A stretch of 46,216 nt of DNA, the filler included, from Jimgerdemannia flammicorona (Eukaryota), in NCBI GenBank assembly GCA_003990765.1. It is 2 parts of 2 records of this genome, joined end to end, with 100 filler letters (N's around TTAATTAATTAA, not from the genome) between each part and the next. Parts side by side here need not be neighbours in the genome. Positions count along the whole stretch, not along the records: positions 23,168 to 46,216 come from RBNJ01001165.1; 1 more part is not named here. One strand, written 5' to 3'. Positions 36,355 through 46,216 of the stretch are shown here, piece by piece (the first letter of the stretch is position 1; every line of letters starts with the position of its first letter). Made by a program: the position numbers and the translations under genes. The notes beneath the pieces are model-generated. The model saw only the letters and a program-made list of their open reading frames with translations, made no database searches and was not told the origin of the DNA.

Positions 36355-37923
36355 TATTATATAGTAGTCACTGAGTCCTTCAAATATACCAGATTCTCTT
36401 CAAGGTATATCTCTTAGACTAACTTAAGTTTATTATAAGCAAGTTCTTATTAGAGTGTCTTCCCAAGATTTTATAGTCCTCAAACTTCTTATCTTTTAAA
36501 CTGTCTTATTATCTCTTAGATTGCTTACAAGAGATTGTGTATAAGTGAACTAGAACTGACTTTATTTCAGAGGAAATAAGAGGAATATTTATATAAAATA
36601 TAATTCAATGATTGCTAAGATATAAAGCTAAATATAAATTTCAATAACTAAAATAAAATGCCAGGATAGGAAAAACTGCTAAGTTCCAGGATCGACACTA
36701 ATGGTTATACAGATTTAGGATGCTGGTATAATTTGATATCACATCAGAATACTAGTGCTGGCATTATTCAGTGTTACATCAGAATGCTGGTGCTGGTATT
36801 ATTCAGTATAATCAAGGGACTTAGAGCAGAATGTTCAAGACCATAGGGGCTTCATTATCAGAAATCAGAATGTCTTTGAAGGAGATGAGGTCTGCAAATT
36901 CATTGTCATTACATAGGTTGTTTTCGTATATATTATACATTTCACATACTTCATGTGCTTCATTGTGTATCTCATGTATATTGCACAGGATAACATCATC
37001 ACTAATGACATCATCATGTTTGGCAGTAGGAAGGAGATCTGAAGCTCTTCAGTCTATAAGGTTCTCTTCTACAAAATAGGAAATAAATGTGGGGTCTTGG
37101 AGAGGTCTAACCTGGATGCTTGGGCCTTAGAATACTGAGATCAATCCTTGTAGGAATTGGTCTGGGTTGTCCTGGAGGATGAGATGCCAGAAGTTTTCTA
37201 CTTCATCACTATTGAGGGTGATAGTGGACTGGGCTTCTGTAGCCATCCTGGCTTCTAGTACATTGATATAGTAGGATGATAGATCTCTGAAATCTGAGAC
37301 TCTAACATACTCCAAGTTGGAGATTGACCATGGTGCATATCTGAAGATCTGATAGATCTTCTTAGCTGTCCTCATTTTGCATATATCCATGAGAGTGGCA
37401 TCTTATAGCTCTTGAGTGCTGGCCTATGGGAACTCTCAGCAGAGGAGGTTTCCTATTTCATACTCCTGCTATATTTGGAGGCATTTGGTAGCAATAGTGA
37501 TCCTTTTTTCCATTTCACAGTAGTAGAGGATATAATGATAAGAGTCACTGGTACCCAGGTTGATACTAGGAGTCCTTCTTGAGTGGGTCCTCATGGCTCT
37601 TCTAATGTCTTGGAATATCCTTTCTTTGACTGAAATACCTTGGTGGTTCTTTGATCTTGAGATTTGGTGGACAGCAGGCATTTCATTTATAGTGAGTCTT
37701 TGAGCTATTTTGGGATTGATGGGTCTTATTGGTTACTGTTACTGTAGTTCCTTGATCCTTCTTTTATATTCCTCAAGATACTTGTACTGTAGTCACAATG
37801 ACTCACAGTTGGTCATCATTACTCATCTCATATGCCATATGATCTTCTTGTGCTCCAATCTGATAGCTTGTAAGGAAAGACTGTCTCCTGTGCTGATGTC
37901 ATCATTCTGGAGTCACCATTATA
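36355..37923 (-). repeat. 3' LTR (family B)
   Basis: Direct repeat of 43608-45159; terminal TG/CA eroded to TA. Confidence 0.92.
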
Positions 37924-38225
37924 TCTTCCTTCTGAATAAGGATCTTCTCAAGCATCCTTATTTATTGGTCCAGTTCTGAAAAATTTGCTGATCCCATAAC
38001 CTCTGGCAAGGGGTCAAAAAGTGGTATTTATGGGCTGATATCTTCTTTTTGTATTTTGGCGTGATGGTGAAGGGTCACATTCTTCATATAGAGCAAGGGC
38101 CTAATTCTGATCTTGACTAATCAATTGACAGTTTGAACTCCTCTGGCTTTGAAAGTCTCATGGATGAGTAGTTGCTAGTGCTATATCTCTTAGAGAATGG
38201 TCCAGACAGATAGTCTGCTGGTCAT
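36821..38225 (-). pseudogene. Extra ORF3 (~468 codons) from just after integrase through the PPT into U3; function unknown
   Basis: Track ORFs 37469-37681 and 37127-37390 share a frame with TAA 36821-36823; one 1-nt frameshift upstream; the 5' LTR copy keeps one frame for 362 codons (45158-44073) to the same TAA. Confidence 0.75.
37924..37933 (-). other. Polypurine tract
   Basis: Minus strand AGAAGGAAGA abuts the 3' LTR. Confidence 0.7.
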
Positions 38226-38236
38226 GGGACATGCTG

Positions 38237-41200
38237 TTACAATTCGTGGACTAGAACCTTGTTGGCAGTTATAACATTTTACTTCTTTTGTATAGTTTCA
38301 TGGTACTTCTTGAGTCTGTTCCTATGTACTGTGGTAGGCAGTATGGTCTCTGAGATTTTTCTAAGCCAGAAGGTAGTTCCCTTGATATCTTGTATGTAGA
38401 AGGGTCCTTCCTATTTGGTCTCCAGTTTTTATGATCATGAGGCTTCTACCATATTTCAATACAGTAGGACCTTTTCTCTGATTTGGATGGGTTCTAGATC
38501 TTATAATTCTTTTCCACATTCTTCCTTATCAGCACTTGTGACTTGATGATGTAATCTTCGGCCTTCTTCCTGATTTGGTGTAGTCTCTGGATTTTTGCAT
38601 TAACCCATCTCCAAGTTAGATCTAGATTTGTAGCTGAGGTTCCATCAGAATCTTCTTCTCCAAAGAGTAGTTCTCTTGGGGTAAAGTGTGTGATGTCTTA
38701 TAGGATAGAGAGAGCAGTTGGGAGATAATTATCCCAATTCTCATATGTCTCTGAGATCTTTGTCAGGATGTTCTTGAGGGTCTTGTTGGTTCTCTCTATC
38801 TGTCCATTTCCTTGAGAGTGATATGTGGTGGTCTTGATGTGCTGGATCTTATATTTCTTATACATTATCTCATAAAATCTATTGACAAATTCTGTACTAT
38901 GGTCTGTTGTGATTTACTTCAGTGTCTTATAGTGGCAGATGATTTCTCCATACAGAAAGTTAGCTATAGAGAGAGTATTGGCTTCTTGTAATACTCCTGC
39001 TTCTATTCATTTGGTAAAGAGGTCTATAATAACTATAATACAGTGGTTTCCTGATAGTGTTACTGGTAGTGGTCCAATGATATCTATTGTGATGTGGTGG
39101 AAGGGGATAGACTCAATTCTTGATGATCTGAGTACCTGGTCTTACTGATCTTATTTCTGTTTTTGACACTTATCACACTCTTTGACAAATTGGTACAGGT
39201 CTTCTTCCATTTTGGGCCACCATATGATTCTTTTTACCTTGTTATATATGTTGGTTCCTCCTAGGTATCTTTGCTTGTATACTTCTTTCATTACTTGATA
39301 CTTCCTGTGTTCAGGTATTACTAGCTTTCCTCCTTTTCTGAGTATAGTGTTGTCTAGTTCAAACTGTTTCCAAGTCTGGTTGATGATGGTAATTATCCAG
39401 GGTTTGAGGTGGTTGGGTATCTTCCACTGCTCAAGGTAGCTGATTAATCTATAGTATAACTCCTTATTCATGTTGAATAGTCTTGATGGGAGTGTTTCAG
39501 GGTATCTTTGAGAGTGCATCAGTATTGGTATTAGTTCTTCCTGAGCAGTGCTTGATAGTATAGTTATACTCTTATAATATATAGATCCATCTGGCATATA
39601 TTCCTTTGGGGTTCAGAGTGTAAAATAGCCAGACAAGAGCAGAATGGTCTGTTTGAATAGTGAAGTATTTCCTGACTAGATAGTAGTAGAACTTATCTAC
39701 TACCCAAACTATTGCTAAACATTTAAGCTTACATAACTCATAGTTCTGTTCTGCTCTGTGGGTACCTTGGCTTGTATAGGAGATAATATATTCATGTCTA
39801 TCTTTCTTCTGAGCTAGGACTGCTCCAAGTTCTATAGCACTTGCATCTTTCTGTAGGATGAATTCTAGATTCCAATCTGGTCTTCTGAGGATAGGTGCTT
39901 GAGTCAATCTGGTCTTGAGTTCATTGAAGGTTTCTTGACATTCCTTGGTTCATTCAAATTTGATATCCTTCTTCAATAGCTTGTAGATAGGTGCTGCAAT
40001 ATTAGAGTATCCTTTGATGAATCTTCTATAGTAGCTGGCTAGTCCAAGGAAGGTATGGACTTCTGTGGTTATTCTGGGTCTTAGGTAGGCTGCAACAGCC
40101 TCAATCTTCATAGAGTCTGTATGGATTCCGGTCTGGTTGATGAGGTGTCTTAGATAGGCAATTTCTTGAGCTATAAACTTGTATTTCTTAGGCTTGATGT
40201 AAAGACCATACTCCTTGAGCTTCTTGAGAGCTAGCTGTATATAATTGATATGTTCTCATGTAGTATTGCTGAAGATGATCATATTATCAACATAAATAAA
40301 GAGCCATTTTCCAATCTTATTGCTGAAGACTCTGTTCATCATTTGCTAGAAAATTGCTGGGATATTGCATATTCCAAATGGCATTTACAGATAGATATAG
40401 GTAGCATCAGGTATGATGAAGACTGATTTCTCACTGGTATCTTGAGTGAGACCAATCTGATGGAAGCCTGAGAACAGATCCAAGGTGGTATAGTATTTGG
40501 CTTCACTTCCAAGAGTGGTAAGGATTTCTTAAATATTTGGTAAGAGCTGTCTATCCTTCTTGGTGATGGCATTGAGCTTTCTATAGTCAATGCAGAGTCT
40601 TGGTGCAAACTCTTCAGAATTGCTTTCTTTCTTTGGGACAAGGATAATAGATAAAGCCCAGGGACTAATAGCTTACTTGATGATTCCAGCTTCTTCCATT
40701 TCCTTGAGTTCTACTCACAGTCATTCTCTGTAGGCAGGTGGTATGAGTCTGACTTTCTAATAGATGGGCTTGGTATTGCCAGTGTCAGCTTCATGGTAGT
40801 ACTTGGGTTCTTGATTGTAGATATTTTTGAAGTCTGTAGCAAGTACTCCTTCATTCTGGTGCAGGATCTTGAGAAGTTGTTCTTCTAGGGGAAAGTTTTC
40901 TCCAATAGTATATGTGTACTTGTTCTGGTCCTTGTCTTTCTTGTATTCAAGTTTGGTAATCTTGGTGGTAGCATAGGCTCCTCTTCCAGTAGATCTAAAG
41001 CCTTATTCTCCTCTCTTGGTCTTGATGAGTTTGATGTCTTCAATGATCTTGAGTTTCTTGATTTCATGGATCAGCATCTGGCCAATCCTGTCATGCTTCT
41101 TGACTTCAAATGGAGTAGTAGGGTTGTGATTCCTGACTATGAGAAAGATCTTGTCAGTATAATCAGGGTCAATTACTCCTCCTTCAACTGAGATTTCACT

Positions 41201-43487
41201 TTTGGCCAGACTGCTTCTGGTCTTGATAATTCCAGCATGGTTCTCTGGTAGCTTGACTCCAATTCCAGTATCAAGTAAGGTGGTGGTCTGTGGTTTGAGA
41301 GTAGCATTTTGAATGCTGACAAGGTTTATTTCTATGGTTCCTTCAGTCTTATATTCTGGGATCTTGGCTTTGGGGTGAAACTTCTTGACCTTGAGAGTGA
41401 TGTCTGATTCTTGTTTCTCCTCATCGTCACTGTCAACTTGAAGCTCTGGGGAGTGGTCATCTTCTTTGGCTTTTCTTTTTACTTTGGCAGCTTCTTGCTT
41501 GTATTTCTATTGATAGATTTTTCTGACTTCACTGATACAGGACTAGCAGTCATTCAGGTGTTCAGAGCAGTATCCTAGTACCATGGGGGTATCTTCCTTG
41601 AGGAATATAGTCATTGATGATCTTATAATACCACTGCTCATCTGTGAGCTTGGGTGTCTTGTTCTTGTTCTTGTTCACTGAGTATATGAAGACCTCTGTA
41701 TCCTCTTCATCTTCTTTCTCTATGTTTGGTAGGACTCCTTTGTAGACATTGATAGAGACTTGTACCTTTCTTCCTCTATAGTTGATCTGCATCTTCTGGG
41801 CATTGAGATCAATGATGGCCTTGGCCTTGTGAAGCCATTGGTTACCAATAAGGATGTCATAGTTGGTGGTACTTATAACAATCACATCTACTGGGATGAT
41901 AGCTCCTCCTATCTTGATGGGAACTTCTCAGATTTTGCTAAGAGGGGTAGCTCGTGTACCATCTGCTGTAACATAGACCATCTTGGTGGACTCTTCAATA
42001 TCCCAGCCTAGGCAGTTAATTGTCTTCTTGCTCATAAGACATCCTCTAGCACCAGTATCAATGATGGCATCAAAGATACAGTCTTCAATCTGACATAGGA
42101 TATAGGCTGATGTCTTGTGCTGGTCTTTGGATTCTTTACCTGAGTTTTTGGATTCTTCCTGTGCATTGTGAGCCTCTACAATCTTGTACTCTTGATTCTT
42201 AGCAGTAGTTGCAAGTCCTACTCTCAACTGTTGTCTGAAGACAGGAACTTTAGCTAGTTGTCTAAAAGTAGTATTGACCTTCTGTTCTTTGAGGTTCTTG
42301 TAGATATCATACTGGTGGATCTTGGTCTTGCACAGCTTCTATTCCTTCTTGTTTTTGCTTTCTTCTGAGACTGGAGTAGTGCCTTCAATAATTTGGCAGG
42401 CAGCTTCATCTAACTCCATATTCTGATCAATCTCCTTAAGTTGGGTTTTGCTTTAAATAGTGACAGCTAGGGTCTTCTTTGGTCTTCCAACTGGTTTGCT
42501 GTTGCTCTTCTTATCATAGGGCTTGAACTGGGTTCTGATACCTTCAGTAGTATAGTAGAATTCAAGCTCCTTATAGTATTCTTCATCATCAGTGTCACCA
42601 ATCTCCTTGATGACTACTGCCTTAGTTTGTTCTCTAGTTCTGCTAGTATTGCTTGGTTGGGCTTTGCATCTTGTTTCAGTTATACAATTCTTTATATAGT
42701 GGTCTTCTTCTGTACATCTGAAGCATATGATATTGTATACTTCTGTAGCAGCTGCAAATCTCTACACTGGTCTCCTGTTGGTGCTTCAGACTTCACTAAC
42801 AATATTACCAAGATGTGCAGTCATTTCAGCAAACTGCTTAGCAAGTTCCTCCACTGGGTCAGCTTTGGCTGTCTTGGGGATAGGTGGGGATAGTTGTCTG
42901 TTTACAACTGTAGTAGGTATGATACTGGTTGGCTTCGATGGCTCTATCTTGATGCCAGTTATTTTCTCTATTGAGTGTTTGGCAGAGTATCTGGCAGTTC
43001 AATATCTCTGTGCAAAGACCACTTTCTGATCAAGAGTCAGTACAGCTGAAGTAGACCAGATTGCTAGGGCAATTTCAGAGTGAACTCCTTTGAGGAAGGT
43101 TGAATCTGCTATTTGTTCCTTGAGGGCATCATCATAGTCAGCCAAGACAATCTGGTGGCAGATTTAGATATAGAATGAGTTGGGATCTTCACTAAGTCTC
43201 TGGTAGATAGTATTGAGTTGATCCTTGAGAGCTTGTTTGATCTCTTCAGTATAGTATGTTGTTCTGAGAAAGGTCTTTATGTTGACAAGTTTGGCTGCAC
43301 CATTATCAGCAATAGTGGCTACATTGAACTTGTCTCTGGCAGGTCCTCTGAGGCTGACTGATAGAAGGGCCAATTGTACATCCACACCAAGGGCTTATAT
43401 GGTAGCAAATTGTTCAAAGTCTTCAATGAAGATCAGGATTGACTTTTCAGTAGTATATCTATAGAATGTGGGGGGATGCATTTCCAT
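38237..43487 (-). pseudogene. gag-pol: gag-pol polyprotein with nonsense codons
   Basis: ATG 43487; knuckle CFRCTEEDHYIKNC (~42684-42725); protease AIIDTGA...DILIG; RT with IYVDN (eroded YVDD, ~40285); RNase H QKDAS; integrase CDKCQ, SIDIIGPLP and GPF-type motif. Confidence 0.92.
40985..41400 (-). pseudogene. dut: Trimeric dUTPase domain between protease and RT
   Basis: LKVKKFHPKAKIP...EGTIEINL (eroded motif I), TRSSLA (II), GGVIDPDYTD (III), HDRIGQ (IV), RGE*GFRSTG (V). Confidence 0.93.
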
Positions 43488-43587
43488 CTTATCTTAAATT
43501 CTTATAGGGGTGACTCTTGTAGTCAGATTAGTTGTTGTGGAGGTTGTTCATTTTTCAGCTTGAAAGTGAGGGATTCATCTTGAATCA

Positions 43588-43604
43588 CCAGCCAATGGGC
43601 ACCA
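43588..43604 (-). other. Primer binding site (tRNA not assigned)
   Basis: Minus strand TGGTGCCCATTGGCTGG begins 3 nt after the 5' LTR terminal CA. Confidence 0.7.
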
Positions 43605-43607
43605 AGT

Positions 43608-45159
43608 TGTCATGTAGTAGTCACTGAGTTCTTCAAATATATCAAATTTTCTTCAAGGTATATCTCTTAGACTAACTCAAGTTTGTTATAAGCAAGTTCT
43701 TATTGGAGTGCCTTCCCAAGGTTTTATAGTCCTTAAACTTCTTATCTTTAAACTATCTTATTATCTCTTAGATTACTTGTATAGAATTGAGAGTAAGTGA
43801 ATTGGAACTAACTTTATTTTAGAGGAAATAAGAAGAGTATTTATATAAAATATAATTCAATGGTTGCTAAGATATAAAGCTAAATATAAATTCCAATAAC
43901 TAAAATAAAATACCAGGACAGAAAAAACTGCTAAGTTCCAGGATTGGCACTGATGGTTGTATAGGTTCAGGATGTGGGTATAATTCAGTATCACATCAGA
44001 ATACCAGTGTTGGAACAATTCTGTATCACCTCAGAATGCTGGTACTGGAACAATTCTGCATCACCTAGGGACTTAGAGCAGAATGTTCAGAACCATGAAT
44101 GCTTAATCCTCATTGTTGCTGAAGGAGATGAGGTCTGCAAATTCATTATTATTATATAGGTTGTATGTTTCATATACTTCATACATATCATGCATCTTAT
44201 ATATATTATGCAGGATGACATCATCACTGATGATGTCATCATGTTTGGTGGTAGTAGCAGTGGGAACAAGGAGATCTAGAGCTCTCCAGTCTATGAGGTT
44301 CTCTTCTACAAAATAGGGAACAAATGTGGGGTCTTGGGGAGATCTAACCTAGATGCTTGGGCCTTAGAATACTGAGATCAATCCTTGTAGAAATTGATCT
44401 GGGTTGTCCTGGAGAATGGGATGTCAGAAGTCTTCTACTTCATCACTATTGAGGGTGATAGTAGACTGGGCTTCTATAGTCACCCTGGTTTCTAGTGCAT
44501 TAATACAGCAGGATGATAGGCCTCTGAAGTCTGAGACTTTAACATACTCCAAGTTGGGAATTGATCATAGTGCATGCCTGAAGATCTGATGGATCTTCTT
44601 AGCTATCCTTATCTCACATATATCCATAGGAGTGGCATCTTGTAGCTCCTGAGGGCTGGCCTGTGGGAACTCTCAGTAGAGGAGATTTCCTATTTCATAC
44701 TCCTACCATATTTGGAGGCATTCAGTAGCAATGGTGATCCTTGTTTCCATTTCATAGTGGTAGAAGATAAAGTGATAAACATCTGCAGTATCCAGATTAA
44801 CACTAGGAGTCCTTCTTGTGTGGGTCCTCATGACTCTTCTGATGTCTTGGAACATCCTTTCTTCAACTGAGGTACCTTGGTGATTTCTTGACCTTGAGGT
44901 TTGGTGAGCAGCAGGCATTTCATTTGTGATAAGTCTTTGAGCTATTTTGAAATTAGTGGGTCTTATTGGTTGCTACTATTGCAGTTCCTTGATCCTTCTT
45001 TTATATTCCTCAAGATATCCATACGTGGTCACAATGACTCACAGTTGGTCATCATTGCTTATCTCATATACCATATAATCTTCTTGTGCTCTAATCTAGT
45101 GGCTTGTAAGGAAGAGCTGTCTCTTGTACTGATGTTATCATTCTGGGGTCACCATTACA
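43608..45159 (-). repeat. 5' LTR (family B)
   Basis: Minus strand TGTAATGG...CATGACA; TATATAAA at 43840-43847; ~2.6 x 35-bp tandem repeat at ~43977-44066. Confidence 0.93.
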
Positions 45160-45211
45160 ATATATATTCTTGATATAATTTAGTATACTATATGAGGTAA
45201 GGAGCTCTGCT

Positions 45212-46216
45212 TTTTTACACTGCCTGCGAGCTTGGTGGTTGAGAAGGGCTGTTGATCTACAGGGTGGAGGTTGGGTGCAGTTGATGAAGAAGGTGTGGGA
45301 GATGAGAGTCTCCCCCCAGGGGTCCACAGGGGATCTACTCTCTTTGGTGGGTCTGAATGGAAGTCGATGGTTATAGTATAAGGGCTTCTGGTGGGGAGTG
45401 GTTGATGGGGTGCACCAGATAAGCCTACGCTGGCGTGGAAATGAGGGGGAGGAGGTATGGGGTCCAGCTATGTGGCGATGGGACTGTCTGCTTCTAGGGG
45501 GAGTTTCATTAGCTGAGTTTGACATTGGCGATGGAGTAGAGGGTCAGCAGTGAATTGGCCAGGATCTTTGGTCAAGTAGCTGGTAGGCAGTGAGGATTGG
45601 TGAAGAGTAGGATTAGGCAAGGATCTGGTCTTGGAGTATGGAGGTCCGGTGGTGGCTCCCTCCTAAGTTCTGGGTAGTGTGGTGGCATATGTTGCGGAGG
45701 AATGTTATGTTGAACTTCTGTGCTGGACATCTGGTGGATGGGGGTCAGCTGGATTGTGAGGAGTGTTATAATGTTGGGCAGGTTGGGGTTTTGTGCAAAT
45801 GCCAGAACATTGGCTGGGGGAGTGTGAGGTTCTGGGTGACTTTTGGGTAGCTGTAGGGGACCGCCTTGGGGTTGAAAGGAGACCAGATGGGGAGAGAGGT
45901 CGCTGGAAAGATCTGGAATCTAGACTTGTGGGAGGTGTCAGTAATAGGTGGCTTACTGTAGGATGGGTTGTGGCAGTGTGGGTGGGGTTGGCTGGACATT
46001 GGCTCTTTGTTTTTGAGGAGGGGCAACAGATAGGGATACAGGAGAAGTTATTGAGATGGGAGAAGTTGGTGGCAGATTTGTTGATAGGGTGGTGGGTTGG
46101 GTGGGGACTGCAAGGTGGGTGACGTCGCCGTCTGGTGGAAGGGATCTGTGAGCAGAGTAGTGGGTGGGTGGCGATGGTGTTTGATAAAGTGGTTTTTCAT
46201 CGAGAAGGGGTAGGGG
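45212..46216 (+). mobile_element. LINE family A copy 5 (ORF2 C-terminal part, runs off the window)
   Basis: LHCLRAWWLRRAV, WWLPPKFWVVWW, DCEECY...MPEHWLGEC; colinear with 27563-28530. Confidence 0.92.

Larger units (their letters stand above)
36355..45159 (-). mobile_element. Full-length degenerate Ty3/gypsy LTR retrotransposon with dUTPase and an extra 3' ORF (8.8 kb)
   Basis: Paired ~1.55 kb LTRs, PBS, PPT and gag-PR-dUTPase-RT-RH-IN order; flanks ATAG/ATAT are a 3-of-4 TSD match. Confidence 0.95.

Noticed and set aside
42610..42630. CTA-AGG-C as a Ty1-like +1 frameshift site
   Set aside because: The zinc-knuckle frame reads straight through this point, so no shift is needed.

Overview
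Eukaryotic, almost certainly fungal, repeat-rich DNA; an early-diverging/Mucoromycota-like lineage is an inference from the element mix and repeat-protein styles. A CpG-rich, mostly unique island (~2.7-13.2 kb) holds one apparently intact orphan gene with an N-myristoylation-plus-polybasic N-terminus (6780-7313, -), its inverted pseudogenised paralog (3263-3739, +), a 10-repeat ankyrin pseudogene, a decayed NB-ARC/TPR NLR-like gene and other orphan relics. The rest is nested, C-to-T-eroded transposon DNA: six pieces of an L1/Tx1-like LINE family (one near full length), a second poly(A)-tailed family, an Ngaro-like tyrosine-recombinase retroelement, a split Ty3/gypsy pol relic, two solo LTRs with 4-bp TSDs and a fold-back hAT-type MITE. 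It also contains a full-length 8.8 kb Ty3/gypsy element (36355-45159, -) with a dUTPase and a ~468-codon extra ORF that crosses the PPT and fills most of U3; this is the most novel-looking system in the window. An artificial 100-bp contig linker lies at 23068-23167, so adjacency across it is not established. All calls come from reading and hand-translating the sequence; no searches were run.
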